64,000 nucleotides of DNA. Origin: Heterodontus francisci. Its lineage: Eukaryota. The stretch lies in contig NC_090418.1 in assembly GCF_036365525.1 (NCBI RefSeq), positions 7,613,157 through 7,677,156 of the forward strand. Reading direction: 5' to 3'. The notes under the pieces are model-generated. The model was not told the DNA's origin and made no database searches. It saw only the letters and a program-made list of their open reading frames with translations. The position numbers and the translations under genes are program-made. Shown in pieces: positions 23,506 through 35,611 of this stretch. Position 1 is the first letter of the stretch. Each line of letters begins with the position of its first letter.

Positions 23506-23904
23506 TAGCAGCTGCTACATTTGTTCCTTAATTCTCACCAACTAGATTCTGTTTTTCAACCCACGAGTACATCAGACCTATTTCGTGCTTCAACAGTCTC
23601 ATTGATCAACACTCCCGCTTTCCCTCCTTTATTTCCTTCCCTATCTTTCCTGAATAGCCAGGAAGATTAAATGTGCATTCCTCCCCTTCAATGCGCCAGT
23701 TCTACATCATTGCTGCTATATCCCAGTCATTCAATTAACAACTTTCTTGTAAAAACCTGTAAAATGTTGAAATGTGTCTCTGTCTTGTTGTTCATCATTA
23801 TTGCGTAACAGCTCTTATGATATTGCATTTTTGACTATATTTAAAAAAAAAGTTTTTTCTTGTTCTTAAAGTTGTCAACCCATTGTCTAGGGCTTAACAG
23901 GGAG

Positions 23905-24240
23905 TCATAGAGAGATACAGCACTGAAAGAGGCCTTTCGGCCCACCGAGTCCGTGCCGACCAATAACCACCCATTTATACTAATCCAACATTAATCCCAT
24001 ATTCCCTACCACATCCCCACCATTCTCCTACCATCTACCTACACTAGGGGCAATTTACAATGGCCAATTTACCGATCAACATGCAAGTCTTTGGCTGTGG
24101 GAGGAAACCGGAGCACCCGGCGGAAACCCACGAGGTCATAGGGAGAACTTGCAAACTCGGCACAGGCAGTACCCAGAATCGAACCCGGGTCACTGCAGCT
24201 GTGAGGCTGTGTTGCTAACCACTGCTCCACTGTGCCGCCC
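23905..24240 (-). mobile_element. HE1-like tRNA-derived SINE
   Basis: Minus strand begins GGGCGGCACAGTGGAGCAGTGGTTAGC; B box GGTTCGATTC; core GGTGCTCCGGTTTCCTCCCAC; CR1-like tail. Confidence 0.85.
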
Positions 24241-24254
24241 CAAGCCTTACACCA

Positions 24255-24730
24255 AACCCAATGTCTGCAAATGAGCGATGGGACTGTTGCCTTATGAGGA
24301 AAGGTTGGACAAGCTAGGTTTGTATTCACTGGAGTTTAGATGAGTAGGAGGCGACTTGATTGAAACATATAAGATCTGAGGACAGGGTGGATGTGGAAAG
24401 GATGTTTCCTCTTGTGGGAGAATCTCGAACTAGGGGTCACTGTTTAAAAATAAGGGGTGGCCCATTTAAGACAGAGATGAGGAGAAAATTTTTGAGGTTC
24501 GTGAGTCTTTGGAACTCTCTTCCTCAAAACGCAGTGGAAGCAGAGTCTTTGAATATTTTGAAGGCAGAGGTAGGTAGATTCTTGATAAGCAAGGGGGTGA
24601 AAGGTTATCGGGGGAAGGCGGGAATGTGGAGTTGAGGTTACAATCAGATCAGCCATGATCTTGTTGAATGGGGGAGCAGGCTCGAGGGGCCGAGTGGCCT
24701 ACTCCTGCTTCTAATCCGTATGTTCGTATC
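24255..24730 (+). mobile_element. CR1 LINE 3' fragment
   Basis: [25 protein letters not shown] plus 3' UTR. Confidence 0.82.
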
Positions 24731-25431
24731 TTATGCATGTAAACTGATTTTCAATGGAGCACAGGAGATGGAGAGAGAGGTTAGTTCCGTAATCTGTGTG
24801 CCGGGGTATGTTCACGCGAGGGAGGAGGTTTCTTGTCTGAACTGACTGCAGAATGAATGAATACAGAGCAGTCTTACAGAGTTTGGTTAGTTTGATAGTT
24901 CACCTCTGGCACACTGGATGACAGTTGGGTCAACAAGCATTATGAAGGGTGCCTCCTGCTACGTACCCATCTTGTAGGGCACCTCCTCATTTCCGGCTAG
25001 TCCAAGAATCATCTGCCTGGTGCTCTGAGCTAAGTGTGGATCCCAAAACACCTCAGCTCCCTGGATCCAGGAGGGTGGGGAGCTGAGATGAACATGGAAG
25101 GCAAATTGGATGCAAAGAGATTGAGTCAGTGATGTGGCTTGAAGGACAAATATTGCCCAGAGCAATGCTTTTTAAGTAGTAGCTGAGTGGTACTTGACAT
25201 CCACCTGAGAGAGCAGACAGAGCCCCACTTTAAAATTGCCTTGGTAAGTTGGCACCTCCGACAGTGCAGCACTCCCTCAGTACGGCACAGAAGGGACAGA
25301 GCCTCGATTATGTAATCAGGTTTCTGGAGTGAACCTGGAACCTCTGACCTTCTGACTCAAAGGTGAGAGGTTAACATCGAGGTGGAATAAAACGAATTGC
25401 AAATGTCTTTTATGCAAAAGGTGATACAAAT

Positions 25432-25879
25432 GACTTGGCCATGTGAGCCGCATGGAAGATGGCAGGATCCCCAAAGACACATTGTACAGCGAGCTCGCCA
25501 CTGGTATCAGACCCACCGGCCGTCCATGTCTCCGCTTTAAAGACATCTGCAAACGCGACATGAAATCCTGTGACATTGATCACAAGTCATGGGAGTCAGT
25601 TGCCAGCGTTCGCCAGAGCTGGCGGGCAGCCATAAAGACAGGGCTAAAATGTGGCGAGTCGAAGAGACTTAGTAGTTGGCAGGAAAAAAGACAGAGGCGT
25701 AAGGGGAGAGCCAACTGTGCAACAGCCCCGACAAACAAATTTCTCTGCAGCACCTGTGGAAGAGCCTGTCACTCTAGAATTGGCCTTTATAGCCACTCCA
25801 GGCGCGGCTTCACAAACAACTGACCACCTCCAGGCGCGTATCCATTGTCTCTCGAGATAAGGAGGCCCAAAAGGAAAAG
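25432..25879 (+). mobile_element. RTE-clade LINE, 5'-truncated, with a 9-bp TSD
   Basis: LGHVSRMEDGRIPKDTLYSEL..GRPCLRFKD..CSTCGRACHSRIGLYSH with the ORF intact; TSD GATACAAAT at 25423-25431 and 25880-25888. Confidence 0.88.
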
Positions 25880-26304
25880 GATACAAATTATAGTTAAATA
25901 TGGTTCATTGGCCATGGATGTAGTGTCTGGAATCTTCCAGACTTGAAAGAATTTAAAGCCTTTGGGACCTTTTCTCAGGTCCTGATCCTGCTCGTTTCAG
26001 CAGTGCCCCCCTGCGGTGAAATCTTACGGGAGGCAGCCAATTAGCAGGCCCTCTCCGGGTTCAGCATCCAGTTAGGGACTGGGAGTGGGTGCAGGACACA
26101 GGAAGTTGCCACTGCATGGCCCACTGCTAGGGAGCCAGGAGGCTTCACTGTCTCAGCCGTCAGGAAAAGCAGTTTAAAATCATGCCCTTCCATTGGCCAC
26201 ACAGGTCACGACCATTGAGCATAGCTTGTCCATATCATGTTGGGAAAACCAGTGTGCCTAAAGCCAATCGCAAAGGAGTCAGTTACTGTGGACACAGTGT
26301 TTCA

Positions 26305-26642
26305 TAGATTAGAGATACAGCACTGAAACAGGCCCTTCGGCCCACCGAGTCTGTGCCGAACATCAACCACCCATCCATACTAATCCCATATTCCTACCAA
26401 ACATCCCCACCTGTCCCCATATTTCCCTACCACCTACCTATACTAGTGACAATTTATAATGGCCAATTTACCTACCAACCTGCAAGTCTTTTGGCTTGTG
26501 GGAGGAAACCGGAGCACCCGGAGAAAACCCACGCAGACACAGGGAGAACTTGCAAACTCCACACAGGCAGTACCCGGAATTGAACCCGGGTCCCTGGAGC
26601 TGTGAGGCTACGGTGCTAACCACTGCGCCACTGTGCCACCCA
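26305..26642 (-). mobile_element. HE1-like tRNA-derived SINE
   Basis: Highly similar to 23905-24240, with A and B boxes. Confidence 0.85.
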
Positions 26643-27009
26643 TAACCCTGCACATATTTGCAGATATTTGACAGCACCACCTCACAGGATGACCGTGTGA
26701 GAAAAAAAAAACCCTTGGCGCCATGTCTAATTAATGGAATATTCGAAATCCAGGCCGGCTTGGGTAGACACCGTTTAAAGGGAGCAGGGAACAAAACGCG
26801 TAGTGTGGAGATGGGGAGTGAGATTAAGAGTTGAAGAGAAAGAAAAGACTGTTGAGAGAGAAAGGATGTGATAAAGACTGAAAAAGAACGAGCAAGTAGA
26901 GTGATGGGGAGAGAATAACTGGCAATATTCTGAGAGCCACGCAAATGAGTATCACACAATACATTTGCATTGAATTAGGTAGAATATGCAGCATACAAAC
27001 AGTCTACGC

Positions 27010-27480
27010 AGACCATAGTTCCAGGGATGAGGAACTTCATTTAGGACGATGGATTGGAGCAGTTGAGACTGTTTTCCTTGGAGAAGAGAAGGCTGAGAGG
27101 TGATTTGTTAGAGGTATTCAAAATCATGAGGGGTCTGGACGGAGTAGATAGAGAGAAACTGTTCCCACTCAGGAGAGGTTCGAGAACGAGAGGGCACAGA
27201 TTTGAGGTAATTGGGAAAAGAAGCAATGGAGACATGAGGGAATCGGTTATTCACGCAGCGAGTAGTTAGGATCTGGAATGCGCTGCCTGAGAGTGTGACG
27301 GAGGCAGGTCCGATCAAGGTATTCAGAAGTGAATTAGACTGTTGACTGAAAAGGAAGAATGTGCAGGGTTACGGGGTGAAAGCAGAGGAATGGCATTTAG
27401 GCGAACTGCACATTTGCAGAGCCGGTGCAGAAATGATGGGCTGAACAGCCTCCTTCTATGCTGTAACAATTCCGTGGTTA
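27010..27480 (+). mobile_element. CR1 LINE 3' fragment
   Basis: LFSLEKRRLRGDLLEVFKIMRG..RTRGH. Confidence 0.82.
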
Positions 27481-28212
27481 CATGAAGTAGCGATCTGACA
27501 GTGGGCGAGAAATGTGAGGCAGACTACGATGGGTTTAGAGTATGGTAAATTGGCGGGCTGCATGACATTATGATATCATGGCAATGCCCTTCCGTTCCAC
27601 CTCATAGGAATGTGTTGAGCCTGTACTCGCGCCATCTCTTCTTTGAAGGCTCCCCATTGCTCGTTTACTCCTTCACCTGCCCATCTTTGATTTCGCCCCT
27701 CTGCTACAATGTTGAAGAATCTAGCATGGACTGGTTGGGCTGAATGGCCTGTTTCTGTGCCGTAATCCCATTATGGTAGCTTACATTGCTTTGTATTCTG
27801 TTCTTTATTACATTAAATTGCTTAGTGTTTTATATATTATTATTGTCCTGTTAATGTTGGTTTTGTACATCACTGACTAAAACATTAAAAATGTGCCAGT
27901 TCAGTGACATTTAGTGCACTGCGGGTGTAAGAACATTTTGCATCACATTTTAATTCACTGAAGATTCATTTCATTTGCCTCCATCCTCTGCCCTTCCACA
28001 CATCTCACCTTCAATCCTGAAATAAAAGCAAAATACTGCAGATGCCGGAAGTCAGAAATAAAAAAACAAGAAATGCTGGAAATACTCAGCAGGTCTGGCA
28101 GCATCTGTGGAAAGAGAAGCAGAGTTAACGTCTCAGGTCAGTGACCCTTCAGCAGAACCACCGGTAAGGATCATCCCGAATGGTAATATATCACCGTTCC
28201 TTCACTGTCTCT

Positions 28213-31200
28213 GGGACTTTCGCCTGGCCACAGAAGAGCGGGTTCAGTCCACGTGTGTCAAAGAGACAGATTACATGACAAGTCCCGACCGTGACTGGCT
28301 CCAAGAGAGAAACCGGATGGTCATTTAGGCAAAACGGAACAGCCGAGTGATAAGTTCCATTTATGTCAGGCGCTGAATGATACTCAAATTGTCAAAATAA
28401 TCCTCTTATAAATTATTGGATTACATTTTGTGTCAATCCAGTTTAATCGACATTTTCACTTATCTCCATTGAAAATCATTTCCAACCAAAATCAATGATG
28501 CTGGAATCACGCTTTGATATCAGTATTATCATTGATATCAGTGTGGATGAAACGGCTGGAGTATTCTGTCCAATTCTGGGCTCACCATTTTGGGAAGGAC
28601 ATCAAGGTTCCTGCGGAAGATGTAGAGGTGAGCCCCGCTCCTGTGCCCTGGCGGTCACCCGAGCCCTCTTCCACTTTATCTGGAGATCGAAAATGGACTG
28701 TGTCCGCAGGGACACAGACGCTAATGTCAGGTTTCATGGCCACATGGGTCCTGTAGGGGGGACGGCCGGTCTGTCCCACGCCTGCCGGCAGGAGTACAAA
28801 ATCCGGCCCCAAGTGTCACTGCGTGCAGAGGTTCTGTCTGTCCCCAGTGTTACAAAGGATGGGTCTGGCCATGTTGCCGCTGAACACTCCATTCCGTTGG
28901 ACCGTGCCGTAACACCTGCCCCTCATGAAAAACACCTTTGACCACAAGTCCTTCAGGCAATGGTGTGCACGTAACAACCTCGAGGCTCTGCGGGAATAGG
29001 AAATGGCGGTTCCTGTCGGATGGTTCCCAGAGCAGACTGTCAATGTCATTTGGCAGAATGCCTCATCGCCAGAATGTTCAAATAAACAGCTAAGAGGTAG
29101 CTTAGCTGATATGGTAAGACCCGCGCTCCCCGTTAGATCCTTCATGCACACCCAGAGTCTCTTCACCACCGCACACTGCCCCCAAGGCAGCTGCGGTGAG
29201 AAATTCGTGAGGAACGCGGTGAGAATTCCTTCTGGAATGTGCCTTTGCAAAGGAGGTCTGGAAAGAGATGCAGTGGTTTTAGTCGCGGTTCATTCCGAGC
29301 AGCTCCGTAACACAGGACTCTGTGCTCTACGGGCTGTTCCCAGGGATGCACACTGATATAAACATCAACTGCTGCTGGAGAACCATCAACCCGCTGAAAG
29401 ACATACTTTTGTCTGCCCAAAACTTGCTGGTCTTCTAGTGCAAGGAGCTGTCTACGACCGCGTGTTGCAGACTGGCACATTCCAAGGTACAGGACTATGT
29501 GCTGAGGGACGCACTAAAGCTTGGGGCAGCCACCACAGAGGCTCAATAGGGAAAGGCCACAGTCTAAGGCCCTCCGAACATAGTATATCGAGGGGCTGGA
29601 AACCATGTAAAACCCCTCGGGCTGTATGTTTGACACAAAATGTATATTGTAAATATAACCTGTAATTGTGTTCATGAGGAACCTCAGAGTGCCAAATACT
29701 GAATGGACAGAAATTTAACTGTATTGCACTTTATGTAACATCAACTTTGAATTGTCATGAAATATACTTTTACAAATGTTATGACGAACTTATATTTTTG
29801 GGGAAAAAACGTGGAGATAAGGGACTTCCATTACGTAGAGAAACTAGTAAAACTGGGCTTGTTCTCCTTAGAACAAAGCAGGTTAAGGGGAGATTCAATG
29901 GAGCTGTTCAAAATCATGAATAGCTTTAAAAGAGTAAATAAGGACAAAGTGTTTCTGATGGCTGAAGGGTCAGTATCCAGAAGACAGAGATTTAAGATCA
30001 TTGGCAAAAGAGCAGAGGTGAGGGGAGGAGAATTTTTGGAACACAAGGGGCAGTGGAAGCAGATTCAACAATAACTTTCAAACAGAAATAGGGTGTATCA
30101 TTGAAAGGGAGAATATTTCAGGGCTAGGGGGAAAGAGCAGGGAGCAGTGAGACTAATTGAATAGCTCTTTCAAAGAGATGGCATTGGCACAGTGGGCCAA
30201 ATGGCCTCCTTTTCAGCTGGATCATTCTAGGCATGTCCTTCCCGCACTCTGGATTTGCTCTTCTTTAAAACCAAAAGCAAAAAACTGTGCAGACACTGGA
30301 AATCTGAAGCTAGAGCATAAAACACTGGAGTGTTAGGCAAAGCACCAATTTAACCCCACAACAGCAGCCAGTAAGACCAGGTCAGTCGCTACGCTTTATA
30401 CACTTGTACTTCTAGTACATCGGCACCAGTGAGAAACCTCCCTGTCTTCCTCTCTATTTTCAGGTCGGTCTGGGTTCTGCTCACATTGTGGATGATGGAC
30501 AGACAGCAATAACACAAGGGTTCAAAGTAGCTCCTTCAGAAAGAGGCAAAGGAATTGCATGATTGATTCACAAACACATTCTCAAGCATGTAAGAGCGAG
30601 CTACCCAGAGGTGAAGAAGCAGGCGTTTGTCACAGCGTAAGAGTTCTTCATGTGTTAAGCAAACAGGTGCGATTAGCAGGCGGTTATACTCTCGCATACA
30701 CTCACATTGTTTAGCTTAATGATTTCACCTGGACCAGTTTAACAAACCCCAGTTAACAATCTCTGTAACACCGGAAAATAGTTTCAAATAAGGTTTTGCA
30801 GAAAAAACTCATCAGAGATATGTCACAGGAAGGAAGAGTGACTCTGTCAGTATCTTTTTCATTAAACACTTTACCAATATTGAATCTTCATTTCACATTT
30901 CATCACTAATACTTTCCCTGATGGTGTACTCCAGAAATCCAGGTGGTGAAGGATAGAACTGGAGCCAATCTTTACACAACTTCATAAGCATTTATTTACA
31001 AAGATACATCTCCTCACCCAACAACTACAATTTCACTCTGTTCCTTTTTACAGGAGTACAAGTAAATCCAAAGGTAATGCCCACCACCTGCATACAATTA
31101 AATACATTAATATACAAGTGGCATATCTTTTGTTTCCCATCCTTGATTGCTCTTTAATTTTGATCAATAAATGTCCCCAGTTTGATGAGTGAGGTGATCA

Positions 31201-31448
31201 GTAATATGAAGAAAGGTGGGGCTGAATGTTGGGAACCAATGTGTCTGCAACCAGATGACATAAGGTTGATATCCTGAACAGAACTGTGATGGACACAGGG
31301 CTACTGGGCAGGAGAATCATTCAGAGAGGAGTCATATTCAAACCACTGGAGAGCAACCTGGATATTTTACCGAAGCGAGATAGAAAGGGACACACACGCA
31401 CTGTGAGTTTGGGCGCAGCTCCCTACAGAGATCCAATGGGAAACTATA
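28213..31448 (+). pseudogene. Tandem NAT16-like pseudogene; exon remnants about 28213-28349, 30464-30666 and 31140-31448
   Basis: Homologous to the three core exons and flanking intron sequence. Lesions: TAG in remnant 1, donor GT>AT, TGA at 30560 after ERGKGIA, frameshift, lost acceptor AG, TAA at 31155, deletions and 3' truncation. Confidence 0.9.
28605..29810 (+). mobile_element. Tx1/L1-like non-LTR retrotransposon 3' fragment nested in a CR1 copy (28550-28605 and 29810-30230)
   Basis: RALFHFIWRSKMDCVRRDT, GWFPEQTVNVIWQNASSPE, a Cys-rich CPQGSCGE motif, and an AT-rich 3' UTR ending TTTTTGGGGAAAAAA; CR1 sequence on both flanks. Confidence 0.75.
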
Positions 31449-31449
31449 C

Positions 31450-32300
31450 TCTCAGTTAGGATTTTCAGTTAACCATGCCTAATTAAGATGCTTGCTGAAA
31501 TGCGAAAGTGTGGGGAAGTAGACTAGAAGTTACTTTAGTGAATCACCCTCTGGTTTAATAGTCTGATAAGGAATTAGAACACTTAGACTGAATAACAATT
31601 ATGAACAGCTTGTTGACAGGCCTTAAGAACAGCATAAATAAATGATAACAAACCAATACAAATAATGAAACTTCTGAACATTAACTTTAAAAGCCGGAGG
31701 CGAAATGTTTCTTGGGAGAACAGCATGAGATGAGACAAGAAAAGGCTAATGTAAAGGCTCAATTGATCAAGGACAGAGGGTACATGCAAAAGCTCAAGAA
31801 GCTTCGGGCAGGTGGATAACATTAAGGCTTTTACCCCAAGGGTTAGACCAGGGAATTCAACATTTTATTGGTCATTTTGTGAAAAGGGCACCTTTATAGG
31901 ACCAAAAGGTCCTGAAAATAATCCATCCAGGTCAAACCGTGAAAAAGAGTATAAAGTTTAAAAAAAAACTTTAGGAGGCCTCAGTGCAGTGAAGAGAAAA
32001 CCTCCTAAGAGCTCCCATGTTAACACCCTTGGGTAGTTGGAGAAGTCATGAGGATGTGAAGCACTAAGAAGAAAAGAGAAAGGACAAGAAACAAACAGCT
32101 GTTATTGCTTGCCAGCCGCCCTGTGTGACCTGGATCGATACTCGCAACTTGTCACGGTTGTATGCTTTTGCTGTATAGCTAGTGTGTTATGTTCCATCTT
32201 AAACTCTGATTAGACTCAATATACCCACCAGATGGGTTGCAGTCGATCCTGATTAATTAGATAAATTAAAATAAAAAAGTGAAAAGATTAAAATTACAAC
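31450..32300 (+). mobile_element. Possible LTR fragment truncating the pseudogene's last exon
   Basis: Pseudogene homology stops abruptly at about 31448; AATAAA at about 32269 is followed by a ...TACAACA terminus. Confidence 0.35.
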
Positions 32301-33899
32301 AATAGTAAGTGGAGCAGCTCTATCACTGTCTCACTGCCCATCTCTCATGCGCCCTGCTACGTACAGATCTCATAATGAACCAACTTTTACATTCTAGGGG
32401 CGGCTGTCAAAATGTATTCTCCCGCCAGAAATGCCGACCTACCCCCTCATCCTTTCCCTATTCCTCCTACCACTTTCCACTCTTAAATTGGGTCCCTGCC
32501 CACCTGAAGTTGCATATTTACCACCCAAAGCTGTGGCACACGGCCTCAAACCCTCCCCTCCCTCCAGCTGTGGCTCAAACAGCTTGGATCACTGGATCCC
32601 TCAGCCATCAGGGAATTACTGTCATCCTCGCCACATCAGCCGACGACTCCCATCCCAAAGGGTGGAACAGAGAGCAGGCGAGAGAACCAGGCTTTTCTGC
32701 AGTAGTTTGATACAACTGAGTGGCTTGCTAGGCCATTTCAGAGGGCAGTTAAGAGTCAACCCCATTGCTGTGGGTCTGGAGTCACACGTAGGCCAGACCG
32801 GGTAAGGACGGCAGATTTCCTTCCCTAAAGGGGGTTAGTGAACCAGATGGGTTTTACAACAAACTGGTTGTTGCATGGTCATCATTACTGAAACTAGATT
32901 AATTAATTGAATTTAAATTCAAGCAGCTGCTGTGGTGGGATTTGAACTCCTGTCTCCAGAGCATTGACCCGGGCTAATTATTAGTCCAGTAACATTACCA
33001 CTACACTACGGTCCCCCTGACATGGAACTATATCGCCACTCCTCCGCTGTCGCTGGGTCAAAATTCTGAAACTCCCTTCGTAACAGCACGGTGGGCGTAT
33101 CTACACCACACGGACTCCAGCAGATCAAAAAGGCATCTCACCTTCTCAAGGGCAGTTAGGGATGGGCGATAAATGCTGGCCTGGCCAGCGATGCCCACAT
33201 CCCGTGAATGAATAAAAAAAAAAACTACAATCGGAGGAGAAGAACAGAAAAGCGAGAGAAGTCAGAGCAGAGAAAAAGGTGAGAAACGAAAAGGAAAAAG
33301 GGGGAAAGGTGGTAGAGCAGAAGAGCAGAGAAGCAGCGAAACGAAGATGAGGAGAGAGAGAGAGAGAGAGAGAGAGAAATCGGACCCTCTCTGAGCAATG
33401 CCATGGGCCATCTATTAGTGCGTGTAGTGCCAGCCAGGGGGGAAGTGGGGGTGGGGACACTGGGGGCAGTGGGTGAACACGCTGGAGCCCAAATAAAGCC
33501 CCATGTGTATTTTTAGATGTTTTGATAAAAGAAAGACTTTCACATCCTCAAGACATCCCAAAGCACTTTACCGCCAATTAAGTACTTTCTCGATGTGTAG
33601 TCACGGTTCAAATTGGTAAATCTACATGAAAGCATCGGCAGCTGCACTATCACCATTTCAGGTTGGAGTGATCACAGGTCATCATCCTACAATAAAAAGC
33701 AGACAGCAAGGTTACAAAAAGCGAGACCTAAAAAGGAACCATTCAAAATGGAAACTGCTGAAGCATTAACACTTGGCACACACGGAGGGGGCAGGGCTTT
33801 TATCAAACATTCCCCTCGGAAGCATCTCACACACAGACGCAAAGGTAAGGTTCAACGTTTGAGTAACTGAGATCTACAGAAAACCCCTCGTCAATATAC

Positions 33900-34760
33900 T
33901 TTGTCTTTTTTTAAGTCAACTACAAAGAAGTAAATTACGTAGATGAGGACTCGGAGGGGGCTGAGAATAGATTCTTGTGGGACTCCAGAGGTAATGGTGC
34001 AGGAAGGGTTGAAAAGCCATTGCAGGAGATTCTCTAGCTATGACTGGATAGATCAGAGTAGAGCCAGGCAAGGGCAGTCCCACTCAGTTGGACAAAGAGA
34101 AGGATGGCACAGTCAACCATGTCAATGGCTGGAGAGAGGACAAGAAGGATGAGGAAGGACAGCGCACCATAACAAGGATAGATGCTGTCTCAGTTCTGTG
34201 GCAGAGGTTCAAACATGGAGTTGCAGGAAAGATGGGCACACGTTTGGGATGCAACAGCATGTTCAAAGAATTTGGAGATCAAAGGGATGTTGGAGATGGA
34301 GCAATAGTTTGGAAGCTCTCAGGGACGGATGTTTTTGAGGCGTGGGGGAGGGGGAGGGGGAGGCGGTGCAATGGGTGAAGACGGTCGATTTGCAGGGAGG
34401 GGGACAGTACCTGAAGAGAGAGAACCATTTATAATATTAGCTAGCATGGGAGCCAAGAAGGGAAGTTGGGCATCCAGACTTATGAAGGGAATGGGGTCAA
34501 GCTAGTAGGAGGTGGGTTTCATGGACAAGATGAGCTCAGAGAGGGCACGAGGGGAGACAGGAGAGAAACTAGAGAGAGAGAGAGGGGTCAGGGCTAGGGC
34601 AGGGAGAACCTTGGTGAAAGCCTAGCTTGGTGGGCAAAGGTGAGAGAGGCAAGTGGAAGAGGGAACTGAATGGATAGTCTCGATCTTAGTGACAAAGAAG
34701 TTTAGGAGTTCCAGGCACTACTTCTTGGAGATGAGGGAGTAGGGGGGAGGAGTTTTAAGA
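33900..34760 (-). mobile_element. Decayed L2 LINE internal fragment
   Basis: Purine-rich plus strand; RT-like GVPQES segment on the minus strand near 33970-33990. Confidence 0.55.
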
Positions 34761-34829
34761 AGATGCTTGGTGGTAGAGGAAATTGGAGAAAAGATTTGTC
34801 CAATCACATACATGAGAGTAGGTAGGGGT

Positions 34830-35465
34830 AGATAGCAATATATATGGGATCTTTGGCTTCATAAATAGAGGTATTGCGTGCAAAAGCAGGGAAGTTTTGC
34901 TGGACCTTTATAAAGCTCTGGTTAGGCCACAACTAGAGTATTGTGTCCAGTTCTGGTCACCACACTTTAGGAAGGATGTGAGGGTCCTTGAGAGGATGCA
35001 GAGGAGATTTACCAGAATGTTTCCAGGGATGAGGGATTTTAGCTACAAGGTTAGGTTGGAGAAGCTGGGGTTGTTCTCCTTGGAGCAAAAGGGAGTGAGG
35101 GGAGATTTGATAGAGGGGTAGAAGATTATGGTTTAGATAAGGTAAACAAGGAAAACTGTTCCCATTACTTGATGGTACAAGGACTAGACACAGATTGAAG
35201 GTTTTGGACAAGAAATGCAGGGGGGATGTGAGGAAGAACTTTTTTTACACAGCGAGTGGTAATGACCTGGAACTCACTGTCTATGAGAGAGGTGGAAGCG
35301 GAGACGAGCAATGATTTCAAAAGGAAGTTGGATGGGCACTTGAGGGAAGTAAACTTGCAGGACTAGAGGGATAGAGCTGGGGGGACTGGGACTGACGGGA
35401 TTACTCTACAGAGAGATAGCACGGACTCGAGGGGCCAAATAGCCTCCTTCTGTGTCGTAATGACC
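34830..35465 (+). mobile_element. CR1 LINE 3' fragment
   Basis: LYKALVRPQLEYCVQFWSPH..LERMQRRFTRM; closely related to 2725-3330. Confidence 0.88.
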
Positions 35466-35611
35466 CGATGTTTCTTTGAAGAGGGAGACTGGGGGCTTAG
35501 ACCCAGCATGGCCTGGAACAGCTGGAGACACACTGATTGTCAAAGTCCCAGAAGAAGACAAAACTGTAGAGAATGAGCGAGCGAGGTTGATAATGCAAAG
35601 CAAATGCTTAC

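Noticed and set aside
23905-26642. tRNA genes at the A/B-box sequences
   Set aside because: These are SINE heads attached to SINE bodies and LINE-like tails; no full cloverleaf.
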